Assembly (NCBI RefSeq): GCF_963676685.1
Contig: NC_092355.1
Span: forward strand, 14,074,001 to 14,138,000
Direction: 5' to 3'
DNA length: 64,000 nucleotides
DNA from: Mytilus edulis
Lineage: Eukaryota
Each line of letters begins with the position of its first letter. Position 1 is the first letter of the stretch. Below, one piece after another: positions 26,501 to 40,100 of this stretch. Below the pieces are notes generated by a model that was not told the DNA's origin, ran no database searches, and saw only the letters and a list, made by a program, of their open reading frames with translations. A program made the translations under genes and the position numbers.

Positions 26501-29500
26501 ATACAAATATAAGCAACGTGTACAACTCAACATTTATTCACTTGACCGGAGTCCTATGTTCAAACCAATTTGAAACTGAACTCTTATAAAGGATTTCCCA
26601 TTAATATGTATAAAAGCGGACCATTATTTCCAGGTCTTATTTGGAAAAAAGTTATCAAACTACGTAAATGTAGAGGACAAATCTCATTTGTTTATTTTTA
26701 TCAACAAACTTTTAAAGTAATGGATCTCCCTTTTTTATCAGTTCAGAAAAACCTATAGTAATAAAAAGCTGACTTTATATGATCAATATATATATCTCGC
26801 CTATGTTCAACATGTGATGGAGTGGCAATTTCACTCGCACGTAAAAATGCAGCAAATGCGAAGTTACACGCTGTTTGAAGCTTATGATTGTTATATTTCA
26901 AATTGCAACAATAGCCAAATTACCACAAATTACCACAATGAAATTCATTTAAATGAATAAAAAGATGACTAAAGCATAGGTATTCTTTTTAAGTGATGTC
27001 AACTAATAAAACTTTGTCCCAATTATATGGCTATTAAAAAAACATAAAATGAAAATATCTAAATCATAAGATACAATGGAACTGAGTTTTATCAACATTT
27101 GTTGAAAAAAAATTAGTTTACCTTTAAAAGGGTCGTCTGTTTCAAGTTGTTCATATGATAGCGTTTTACAACATATACAAATGACAACTGCTATCAGAAG
27201 TATGATCAGAACTCCAGCCTTCAGCAATTATAAGAACGCTGAAAAGAAGGTATTATTTTAACAATTTATTGAAGAAAAAAATGTAAAAGTTAATCATTTG
27301 TTAATATTAATCATATGAACAGATGCATTGTGCTTTATGTATTTTATTGTTTTTCGTTGATGATTTTGTTATGAGTTCGAAATCACATTGTGTATGACGG
27401 GGATTATTCGGACCACTGTTTGAATATCAGAGACATATTGGAAATAAATCTAGCAGATATTGTTACAAATGTCTGTTCTTAGAAAACTAACTAAATAGTG
27501 TATATTGATATTTTAGTAGTACTAGTGTACATTGATGTGTATAATGTATTTACAAAAGACATACGGAGTGTTATAAATGAAAATAAAATCTTCAAAAATA
27601 ATAACATATAGAAAAAGAAAAAAAATCATTTGGCTCTCTCGTGAAACCTCACCAATTTGACCAGAGGATCCAAATTATGTCTAAACATTGTGTCTGATAA
27701 TCAATAAACACCAATTTCAACATATTTTTTCTGTTTGAAACCACTGAGCAAATCAGGACCGAAAGCGATCTCAGACTATCAAATAGTGTCGAATATGATT
27801 TACTTAAAAACAAGCTGCATTTGACCAATGTAACAGGAACCAACATGATATAAATGTGTTATACTACCAAATTATAGAACGTCGCAATCCGTTGCAGACG
27901 AAAAAGGGTCGATCAAAAATTCCCATGAATTTGCCAATTATAGGAAATTAATCAACAATGTCTTTGCAGTACAAGAAATAAGAGGCATTGCATTTGACTA
28001 ATGCTACCGAAACCAATATAATATATATAATATATAGGTGTTATACAAAACATAAAGTACGTCACATCCGGTTGCTTACGGTAAAAGGTCGAGAAAAATA
28101 TTCCCTTGAATTTGACAGTTATAGGAAATTAATCCTACTTGTCATTGCAGTAACCAATTTCTTATTCATAAAAACCTATATCTTATGTGTTTAAAAGCAC
28201 AATTCTGTTTTTATTGGGTGTTTCAATATAATATGTAGGTAACGTGAGGTTGCTGGTATTGGTTACTACAGCTTGTACGCAGGGGAAAACAAAGGTGACA
28301 TTTAGATTGGTAAACTCCTGTAATGGCTAATTTTTTTATATGCAATAAAATATTATGTAAAATTTTGGTTGTGTTACTGGACTCATGTCAAGTATTTCAT
28401 TATCTAAAATAAAGATAAATCCTTCACAATTTTTTAAAAAGTGCCAAAAATACAAATACTAAAAGAACAAAAACAATAATGATATTATTCCTACCTCATA
28501 TTACTGAAATAACGTAATCATTTGTTGAATTTAAATTAACCATTTATGGAATGGTTATAATAAAAGCTGAGTTTGAAGAAATATCATCAAAATGTAGTGC
28601 ACACTGAAAACCCACGTAACGGTTTATTTTTTTTTATATATATAAAGTACTTTTTTTGTTGTTATTTCGAAAAGATAGAAAAAATATAAAGTCGTTCATT
28701 TTTAATAAATTCGAAATTCCATTTTTAACTAGTCAATCATGAAAACACATTGATGTCGTCACGGTCAAATAACAAAATTATCATTTATCTGATAGACAAA
28801 ATGACGTCAACCAATCAGAAGCAGTATAACATGAAGAATGAAACTATAAAGATCAATTTAGGAAGCTTAAAAAAAAAACATGAAATAACAAAAGCATTTG
28901 CGGTGTCAATTTTACAGTATCAAATTAGCATTTGGACAATTTTTAAAATGTCTCTTAACATTTTCGACAAATATATCGATCTCCAAGGCAATTTCAATAA
29001 AAAGAGTTTCACAATAACCGGGACAATCAACCGCTATCAACAATTAAACGATGAAAATACAACTGACCTATTTTTGACTTAGTAGAGGCTTTTTCCAACG
29101 GAAATGATTGGTTAAAATTGATTTTAACCCTAACTTAACCTTCCAGTGGTGTGACGGTTGTTTATGATTTCTGTATACAGACAAACTCAGTTGACGTGCG
29201 TTAACAGGCATAATACTTTAATGGAATAATTAATTGGGATGTATCAGCCAAAACTGTGACAACATACATCACAAACATACTATAAAACTGATTAAAAAAA
29301 TCCAAAAAAGCAAATTTAACAAAGACGCCAACAAAAAAAGGTGAATTTGGCAACGACGTCAAGACAAAAATATCGTCTTTGACAATGAGTACCGTATAAA
29401 GAACTCAGTGTATCGATATAGCAAAAATTAAGTAGATATTATCACAAATACAAGGATTGACAATTAGACGAAACACTGTTAAAACCCCGCTATAGTGCTA

Positions 29501-30992
29501 TTTAAAAAGATGGGGGAAATGAATATTCCTTTAAGTACTATTCAAGTTGACGAAAAACTGACAAAAAATCAAAATGACAATACAATCTGGATAGTTTCAC
29601 AAGATGAAACATCAAATACTTATGAACTAAGAACCGCGGGTTTTCTTAGATGCAACGGTGGGGTGAGCAGTTCCTTAACATAAAAGTTTTTTGGCTTGCT
29701 CCTACACTTTTTGCAGCTCTATTTTTTGTATCTAAGTATTATCTCACATTGTTATATGATCTGTCATTATAAAGTACAAACAATACATTTATACTTAAAA
29801 AAAAGTACTTTCAATATACTGACACCTAAAATAAAGTACTTACAATTCAGTGATACTAAGTCCAGATTTGTCATCTAAATGAATTAAAGAATACTTGAAC
29901 TATTGAATTTAAAGTACAAAATCTATCCATGTATGTGGATCAATATATAATATAAACATTATGTGAATTAAAACATTTCATATTCAGTAAAATATGTGTA
30001 AAATTGCAATATATGTTTGTAGGAAGTTTCCATGGGGGAGATAATAACTTTTCTTTCAAAAAGTCTTTATTCAAAAGAATAATATTTTAGGTTATCTCCT
30101 CTGAAAATTTATCAATATTCACACATATTTTACTGAATATATGATGTTTTATTTAAAATGATATCTGATTCTTATAAATATAGAATACTTTTAGAAAGAA
30201 AAACTATATGAAAGCTTAGTTTGGACAATTTTATAGCTATTCAAAATAAACAGTTCCTCTTCAGCATGAAAATGACTATAATATAACAGCTGATTTTGAC
30301 ATTTTTGCAGTATTTGAAATTAAGGTAATTTACGCACAATACTTTTCATTTAATGAAGTTCATACAAGTGAGAGGTTTAGCGCTATAAAACCATGTCCAA
30401 TCCACCATTTTCTGCATTAGAAAATGTCTGTACCATGTCAGGAATATGACAGTTGTTGTCCATTCGTTTGATGTGTTTCATCCTTTGATTTTGCCATGTG
30501 ATTAGGGACTTTCCAGTTGAATTTTCAGGAGTTCAGTATTTTTGTGGTTTTACTTTTCGCTACTCAGTTTCAAAATAACAAGTTTTACATAACATTATCA
30601 TATATTGATAGGATATTACAAAAAGAAATAAAAGAGCGAACAAAATATATTGGTCAGTGTGTTTTCGAGATATTATTCATTGAAATTTTAGTGGGAAAAT
30701 GTTTCCTCTTGATTTTTCATAACTTTATCATTGACTAAAAAACATCAAGTGCCGAAGACGGTACGGTAAGCAATGGATTTCTTTTCAATCTGAACATGCA
30801 AATTGAAGACTGTTTAAAACATTTATTTCTCTTTCGTTTGTTCTATTTTCAGATTTCTTAAACGGTGTGAGAAAAACATTTCTCCTATATAGTGAAATAT
30901 CTTTTTCTCGGCAAATGGTTAATCGAAATTTCATAATGACGTGAAATTTCCTGGATTGCTCTTATGACGTGGACCAATCTTAAAACATTTAA

Positions 30993-31721
30993 GGTAGATT
31001 CATGGTATACCGCCATCTTGGATTGTACTGTTGCAGTAGACAATCAGTCTTGTTATTTACCTAAATCTGCAAATTCGTAGACAGATGTGCAATTGTATTG
31101 ATTAGATTGGTTATTTATATGAAAAAAAACTTGCTGATTTATTGCATTATTCGAAATATTTAAACAAATACCAAACATTTGTGTTTCAGAATAACTTCTT
31201 TCAACTAAGCCGTTTAAGGGAAAATAACTCTTTAAGTAAGAAATTTACACTGTGCTGACTGGGATTTTATTTATAGCAAGAAAACAAGTTCGGTGACACC
31301 ATTTTTTATTTTTATTTTCTTAAAACATATTATAAGACCTATCTTCTCACAACTTATTTTAAAATTCTATTTCATAGATTTTTTTTAAGCACAAAAAATG
31401 TATTTTTTTATGATCATTCTAAGCAAATAGTTATCAAAGGTACCCAGATTATAATTTAGTACGCCAGACGAACGTTTCGTCTACATAAAACTCATCAGTG
31501 ACGCTCATATCAAAATATTTATAAAGCCAAATAAGTACAAAGTTGAAGAGCATTGAGGATCCAGAATTCCAAATTTAGGCAATTTTCAACGACTCATATC
31601 TTGCAAAAATAACACGGTGACCCATTCTTTTGAGTATATTTTTGAAAGAGCATAGTAAAATTCTCCTTTTGATTAGGTATAAGAAAATTCCATCTCGGGA
31701 AACATATACCTATGATCTACC
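30993..31721. mobile_element. Kolobok-like non-autonomous element (TTAA target duplication, GG termini)
   Basis: TTAA|ggtagattcatggtata ... tatacctatgatctacc|TTAA. Contains a nested family-B fragment. Confidence 0.7.
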
Positions 31722-33220
31722 TTAATTAAAAAAAGGTTTGGGTTGATATTAGAAAGTTTTATAACATTTTGTAACTTTTACGTATCAAATTGACCATGCT
31801 GTCAATTTTGGATTTTTTTCTCAGATACAGCTCCACATATGTTACATGTCGTGTTACTTATGTCAGTATAAACCTGTTGATAATGAAAATCTGTATTCAT
31901 TAGCGTATGTAAAAGGTAATAAAACAAAATAACGGAAAACCCATTAACAATTGACAGAATCAAAAGCTCAAACACATCCATCGAATGAAAACATCTGTCA
32001 TATTCCTTACATGGTAAAGTACACTGCTTCTTCTCATTTAAAGAGAAAGAATCGGAATAAGTCTTTAAATTCAATAAAACCCGTATTCACCATGGCACTT
32101 ATCTTTTACAAACTGAACCATTGCTTTTTCGACACTAATGATAACAATTAACAGTGTATATAGAGTGTACTGCATGTTCTGGTTTGGAGACACCGAAGAG
32201 TAACCATCAATCCGAATAAGTCTCTTGGAATTTATTAAAACCTTTTTCAGCATAACAAATTTTACCTTTCACAAACGTTTTGCAAAACGTCATGTTTTAT
32301 CAAACTTGTGGTAAATGATGTATAATCATTTTTTTGTCATAAAAAAAACGTTTCTCGTATACTTTTATTGTGTAATTTTCAAGAAAAGTTTTTGACCGTA
32401 GTATGTAACGATTTACTGGTATCGACTGGAAACCTGAGTTATCAATATCGATAGTCCTTGAAATTCTCAATTTGTAAGCAAAACATGCAAAAGCAACTCA
32501 TTAATACTTAAATAAGAGTTCCTAACATATATTGTTGGTGGGTTTTTTTTATATTTGATTAATAAATACTAACGCGAAGGGTTAAATGAAATTTCAGGTC
32601 GGTTATCATTATTGAAAATTGTTTTCTGTGATTGAAAGACAATTGTAATTAATATGTATTTGAACGACCAGACCTCAATTACACAACAACCATAGATACA
32701 TCACAATGCATTGATAGCATAGACAAAAACAAAATAATTCAACATGCGATATCAAATCAAGGGAAGAACATTTGTTGAAACATATTACTAGTAAACAAAT
32801 TTGTGATGATAAACAAAATAGTCCACCGACTTTAGAAAAAAAATGTTTAGCTGATATTTGGAAAGTGATGCATTTTTGCAAAGCCTCTTACAGTTGAATT
32901 TGAATTTCAATATTGAACGGATCTTATTAAGGTGTGTTAAAGAGTTTGCATGTTCATACAATATTTGGAAGTGCAATGTAAAGTAACAGATGAATCGATT
33001 TGAAACACATTTCTGCAAACACCAAAATAGAGAAAATATTTTACATTGTTTTTTTTTAGCTGTACTCAATGGTAAAAGAAATATCAAGTCAGATTGTCCA
33101 TTTGTGTACAAACTGATGATCACTTGTTGGAAAGTAACATTTCTTCAGACACACACATTTCAACAGACACACAAAACATAATTTCATATACCTGTTTATT
33201 GAACTGTTGACCAAAATCGT

Positions 33221-33849
33221 CAGGTGGCAGGTACCAGTTTTGGTGTACCAGAACATGTGTCCCACGCAGAAATTTTGTTATAGTTAAGTATTGAGGTATA
33301 TAATTGCATCATGTGGACTGAAAAAATAAATGAATGTAAATTCTAGGCTATTGTACTACACAAGTAAGTAGTTGCATACACAGGTTGGGGATTTCTTCAC
33401 ATATAGGTCCAATCAGATGTCAAAATTGTGGTCTCCTCACTTGACGGCATCCAATGAAAGTGGGGGAAAAATTCAGTTTTATGTAAACAAAAATATCTTG
33501 AGATCTTGATGGTAAGGATAGGTTCGGACAAGGCTCTAATTCACTGAATATCTTTTCTCTCTTGAATTTTGGCTAAAATTCTTGTCGGCTTGTGAGGATT
33601 AGATTGATATCAGAGCATCATATTTTTTGCCTTATTTGCAATGCATTTATAAATTTAAAAATCTCCATGATGGACAGACACCCAAATTTAAAGGTTTTCT
33701 ATATATTTACATAAGCACGTACACATCTTAGTTCCTTAAAACCATACATTTTATTTGTATATAAGCTTGAATGAATTTTCAAGAAAATAAAATCACAAAT
33801 CCATGAAATTCTAAAGATTTATTGTAAAATAACTGGTTTCTGCCACCTC
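33221..33849. mobile_element. Non-autonomous TIR DNA element
   Basis: aggtggcaggtaccagtt ... aactggtttctgccacct. The element is absent from the paralogous segment near 49960, which shows the empty site. Confidence 0.7.
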
Positions 33850-34479
33850 AATGCAAAGACATTAGATGATAAGAATAGCTATTTTTAAATTTTGATTTCC
33901 AAAATCCTATTTATAGTGTTTGGAATTTCTTACTAAGCTATAAATAACATATCTGCCGCCTATTATTGTTTGTAAAATATTGATACTGAAATATATAGTA
34001 GCTGTTTTTGTTTATAAATATTTTTTCAACAGCCTGATAGTTTTTCGGTTGTGTGGCTGCTTGCCTGTTGCTTCCATTAATTTGGAAGCAACAGGCAATG
34101 ATTATTATAAAAAGAAAAAGTAATTGTCCCGTTTTACAACCGTTTTAAAGATAACTTGCCAAGTGACACGTATTCTAACAAATGTTGATATTGTTTTCTC
34201 TTCAGAAAAATTAACCACCTGCTGATCACATGCGCACCCTTCTTCATCAAAAATTAAAATAAAAGTTGCAGGAATATATCATGTGTATGTATATATTCAA
34301 ATGAGATAAACTTTTGACATGTACGTAAATAAAGATTCAGTTATATTTTTTAAGTTCATTCAACGAAAATAAACTAAAGTTACGTATAAGAGCAAACATG
34401 TATTATCAAAGAAAACATACGAGAGTGTATTAAGGATATGTTGAGGTTTTTGTTGGTTTGTTTCTTTTTATTTTCGATA

Positions 34480-37130
34480 AGTTGTTATATGTTTTTTTTA
34501 ACTAATACGCCTTCGTATCATCTTTAGTTTTCAAAATAGTTGTGTTAAATTTTAAACGCACTTTATTTCAAATATAATTCATGATTGGTGTTTGTCACAA
34601 TTTTGTAGACTCCTTATACTCGATTGTGCCCCTCATCTGACCAGATCATGTTTATACTCTGTCATGTTGAGTAGTTATCTTTTTATTATTTTGTTTTTCG
34701 ATTTCAATATTTAATTTTGAAATAGATATTTTTAACTTAAACATAATCCTATCGTGTTTGGTTTTTAAATAAATGTGTCTTATTTGATACGCACTTTATT
34801 TTAAATCTACTGAAGGATTGTTGTGTACTATGAATCTGAAAATTCCTTATACTCGATAGTGTCCCCTATCGTAACCTGTTCATGGGAAAATTCTGTCATG
34901 AGAGTTAGTTAACATTTCATTTATTCATATTGTTTTTTTGGCATTCAATTGTGCTATCTCTACTCGACCATGTTAAGATTCTGTAATATTGATTAGTTAT
35001 CCTTCAATTATTTCTTATTATCGTCTAATTTTGATTTATTGAAATGTATATACTTACACGTCATCTCGCCGTATTTTGTTTTTCAATATTTCTGTCTTAC
35101 TTGTTAAGCACTTTATTTTAAAATGTACTTAGTGATTGTTTTTTTTCAAAAATCTGTTCACTTCTTATATTCGCTAGTTTTCACCATCTGTACTCGACCA
35201 TATCTACTCGACCATGTTAAATGTCATATAAATAAATTGTCTTTTCATTGCTTTGCTTTTATCGTCCTATATTAATATTTTGAAATATATGTTTTAACTT
35301 ACGCATCATCTCTATATATATTTAGCGTATACATACTTGTGTCTTATTTAATACGCTCTAGTCTTTATTTTAAATGTGCGTAATGATTGTTATTTACTAT
35401 AAACGTGTCTGCTTCTTATATTCAATAGTTTTTACCACCTCTATTAAACCATGTTAAAATCCTGTAGTACTAAACAGTTTTCTTTTCATTATATTGCTTT
35501 TTTCATCATCTTTTAATATTTCGAAATACATATGTATCTTATCTCACATATTATCTTATCATATATTTTGTGTTTAATTATAATTGTGTCTTATTTGATT
35601 CGCACTTAAAATATACTAAATAATTGCTGTTAGCTTTGACCCTTTGACAATAATATCAAAAAATCAATAAAACACATACTTTATCGGAAAATGTTCATTG
35701 GACATATAGCAGTTTGACTTAATCCAATTTTGATCATTGAGAATCTAACAATAGCCGTCATTAAAACGTTCAGATGATTTTTCCAGAGTTATCTCCCTGT
35801 AGTGATATGTACCACCTTAATATAAGCTGTACACTTCTTATACTCGATATAGTCCCTATTTTAGTTACTTTTTATTATTTCTTTTTTATTACCTATTTTT
35901 AATATTTTGAAATATGTATTTTTAACTAACGCATCATCTTATCATATTTTATGTTTTAATACCTGTGTCTTATTTGATTCTCACTTTATTTTAAATTTAG
36001 ATTTTTTGATTTTTTGATTTTTTGGTGTTTTAACGCTACTGTTAATCTCCACATTTAGGCTATTTCGTAGCGGCCAGTTATTATTCGTTGAGGAAGCCGG
36101 AGTGCCCGGAGAAAACCACAGACCTTTGATAGGAAAACTGACTATTCTAGTCAATTAAGATTGGAATCGAGTGCACCCGCATGAGCGGGGTTCGAACTCA
36201 CAACCTCAGTGTTAACTGGCTAGTGATTACAGGAGTAACTACATAGACTACTCGGCAATCTAGGCCCCCTTTTGTTTTAAATGTACTAAATGATTGCTAT
36301 TTTACCATAAATGTGTCCACTATTTATATTCGATAGTGTTAACCATCTCTACTTGACCATATAAAAATTCTGTCATACTGTTCGTTATCTTTTCATTATT
36401 TTGGTTTTATCATCTAATTTTAGTACTTTGAAAAACATATTTTTGCTAACATGTCATCGTATCATGATTGATATAGAAATACTTGTGTTTTAATTGATAC
36501 GCATTTTCTTTAACATTGTTTTAACAATGTATAAATTTAATTTTTATTATTTTTACTATACATTTTTTGTAAGTGTATAAACTTGTGACATTCGATAGTA
36601 TTCTACATTTCTACTCCACCAGGTATTTTAATATTTTGAAATATATATTTTAACTAACACGTCTGTTTTGAAATACTTATGTATTTTTAATGCGCACTTT
36701 ATTTTAAATGTACGTCATTATAATTGTTTACTATAAAATGTATACTTCCTCTATTGGATATTATTCCCTATCTCTACTCGACCACGTAAAATTCATCTCG
36801 TGTTATTTAATACATTCATTCTTTTTTTCTGCTATCTTATTTCAACATTTTATTTAATATAGTTTCATTTTCATTGGAAAATGCCTGTACCTCATCAGAC
36901 ATTTAACAGTTATTGTTAACTCGTTCCGTTGAAAATGATTAATTTTGACAGTTTTTATGGCCTTTTTTTTAAATCCCTAGGAGTTCCAATTCTTTTGTTA
37001 TAATTTTTGTAACGAACACGTGATCGTATCTCGTTTCGGGTGTTTAAGTACTTGTGCCCTTTATTTAATACGCATTTTAATTTAGATATTCTTCCTAATA
37101 GTTGTTTACAATTTATTTTTAACGATCGTT
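34480..37130. repeat. Degenerate tandem array of ~240-bp units directly upstream of the paralog 2 start codon
   Basis: Anchor motif acgcactttattttaaat recurs near 34556, 34789, 35106, 35353, 35600, 35980, 36499, 36692 and 37069. About two more units lie at 54230-54650. Confidence 0.75.
36000..36269 (-). mobile_element. tRNA-derived SINE (V/Meta-type central domain)
   Basis: Minus strand shows a GGGGCC head, box B GAGTTCGAACCC, central ggttttctccgggcactccggcttcctc and an (aaaaatc)n tail. Candidate TSD is tttattttaaat/tttgttttaaat. Confidence 0.85.
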
Positions 37131-37157
37131 TACTACACTGGAATCTATACACAAACC

Positions 37158-40100
37158 ATGGAGTGTTGTGATCTAGATCCTATACGAATTAAAGGTAATT
37201 TCATATTTTATTTAACTATTAGATGTCTAAAACAAAAAGTTGGACTACTATCAGATAAAATAGAAAATAAAAATGGTTAATGTCTCAAAGTGACAACAAC
37301 CAGACTAAAGAGTAAAGTACACAGTCGAAGACCATCAATGGGTATTGAACACAGTAAGAGTATACCGCACCCGGAAGCGGACTTTTGAGTATACAAATAC
37401 TTTTAATAAATATATATATTTAAAAATATATATTCGAAAACAATCTACTCATCATTTTATGGTGCATTCACGTTTTATGATTTATGTGACATTCATACTC
37501 TCTATTGCACATTAAATAAGTACTTTGCCTCAGTTATGTGGGTGGTTTTCGGTTGGTTTTTTTTTGTCCTTTTTTAATATATTCAAGATATTCTAATACT
37601 TATGATGAACGTCTATTTATGTTAGGATTTTAAACCTTAAATAAAAAACACGAAATGTTATATAGTGCTTTTGATTTATCGTTGAGGATCAGTGACCAAA
37701 AAATCTGTCGGAAATATTATCCTGTTATATCGATGTGTCGCTACATTTTAGTTGCTTTATACATTTGTATGCACATCTGTGTCATTCGATTGTACGTTTA
37801 ACTTCTGAACAGGCAGGTGTACATGTGGGTAGCATAAAACAACATTAAGGAGGCTCGAGGGTATAAAAATGTCATACACAAGTATAAGATAAAGTTCATT
37901 TATAGAAAAATATAGCGAAATCCTATATTAAGAAAAAGAAATTGATTTAGACCCGCGAGCCCCCTTACAGGATCAAAAGGTATTAAATCTACATCATAGT
38001 GTTGAGTTAAGATGGCTTATAAAAAGGCCTGCTCTACATTTTACATATCTTTAATAATTATAAGACAAAGTAAAATAATTGGTGCAATTTTGCTGATACA
38101 AATTACTTTATAGGAACGAATATATTATATTTTGCTGAAGAAAAAACACTAAAAAGAGAACACTGACTTGAAAGCTGATTTTTCTAATTGATATTGTAGT
38201 TTTAACATTATGTAAACAATCGGCTTCAATTTTTATCAATGTAAAAACATGTGCAGGATGTGCAAAAATTAAAACAATAAGCAATAAATACCATATGAAA
38301 GTCTTTTTAAAAGAGTCAATCAAAAGCAGGACGGGAAATTAAAATAGCCACTGAAAATGAGTGTATATTGGCTAAGAACAGAAAATTAGATAATAAGGTT
38401 AAAATACAGTATGTTGAACTGTCACCATGAATAAAAAAGGGAGGACAAGTCAAGTCAAGTCGCGAACGGAAAACAATTACAACAAACTACTTTTCAAAAT
38501 ACAAATAGAAAATTGAAGAACAAATGTTTACGCCGTCTTTAACACACAAGTCAAAGAAACGCGAAAGATAAAACAAGAGATTTTTCATCTCACAAAGCGA
38601 AGGCGAACTGACAACGCCATGTCTAAAACGAAACACGACGACGAAATGACAAACCAAAAGTTTTCAGAACACGACATAGACAACACAACACTGACCAAAA
38701 TAACCCATCCAAAACCGCGGGTTGGTTCATGTCGCCCAGAAGGGTACCTACCTGCTTCACTATTGTGCATGTTCTTTGATGTATAATGTTATTCAAGAAA
38801 AAGAGATGATAGGTGGTAAATGGTACAAATTAAATAAGATACTCAAATTGCTAACCTATATTATATATTTTTTTTCATTATAGAGCCAACAAGTCGAGTA
38901 GTGAAGACTGGTTACCTTACTATTTATGAACGTACGTTTAATAAGAAGTTAATGTAGCCCGAACTGACAACATTTACAAACTGTTGAACAATGGTATTAA
39001 GGACTATACTTATTTCGTGGGAGATTTAGGCAGAGTTAATTAAATTAACACTTGTCAATTGACACTCAAAATAAGTCATGCTGAGAAAATAATTGATTGC
39101 ACATTTAACCTCCTTGTCTTGCTTAATTTTGAGTAGACGTATAATTGTAAACTATGAATTAAAACAAAACATGATAATGACAAAATAGTAAGATGAAATC
39201 AAGTAGCAATTAAAAAAAGCATTTAACCAGAAGGGACAACATTACTTTATGTTCATAATAAATTCATCATAGATATAAGTTTTAAATGAGAGCCAGATTT
39301 GTGTTATGTCAAATAAGGACTCGTCGGTGACACTCAAATCAATTAATCTAACCAGTACAAAGAAACAAATCATTTCACACAAAACTTAACCAAAAAATAG
39401 GGATGAGCTCTTCGAAAACAGTGTTGCTCCACATTTACATCCATCAACAAACGTTTTAGTTTACATCAATAACTTTTATCAAAATATATCATTTCAAAGT
39501 ATCTACGATGGTTCATAGTTTTGTTTTAAAGGGGTTCTTTATGTTTGGTTTAAAGTTCCGTTGTTGTTTTGGGAGTATCTTGTTTATGATTGTCTGTTAA
39601 GTATCTACCGATAAACTTCGTGTTTACCCTGTGTCCTGAAATTTGTTTTTCATTTTAATTTCACATATCGTTATAAGATTATTAATATTTTTCACTCTCT
39701 GTCGACCTTCCAGGAGCATCTTAGATCACCCGCCTTTTTTTTTCATCCCATGTCCTTAAATCTGTATACGGCTTTTTAAACAATGATTGTTTTTGTTTTT
39801 ATTATATCACGAATGTTTTATTACTGTTTTGTTATAAGAACGTGAATAGGTATTTATGCATCCTACCATTTTATCAACGTCAATTTCAGACATCGCTATT
39901 CACAATACCTTATTTTGAGAGGGTAACATAAAAAGCATAATCAAAAATGCAAACATATACATAATATATTTCTAACTATTGAAATGAAAATAAATTGTAA
40001 AGCTTTTTTCCTTTGTTTTTATGCATCTTAAATGTAGTTCCCTAACTGACGAAATATATCAAAATTTTTAATGCAAATGTGGTATCACAATATAACAAAA

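Larger units (their letters stand above)
23863..27227 (-). pseudogene. Probable orphan secreted-protein gene (153 aa if spliced) with TTG in place of ATG; null allele, pseudogene or base-call error
   Basis: Exon 27238-27122 (acceptor ccttcttttcag, donor AAAG/gtaaac, phase 1) encodes signal-like LKAGVLIILLIAVVICICC plus acidic KTLSYEQLETDDPFK. Exon 24218-23863 (acceptor gtgatttcag, phase 1) continues in frame for 117 sense codons of protein-like composition. Confidence 0.55.

Noticed and set aside
36180-36269. Possible tRNA gene (box B GAGTTCGAACCC)
   Set aside because: It is the head of a SINE with a central domain and tail, and no complete cloverleaf is evident.
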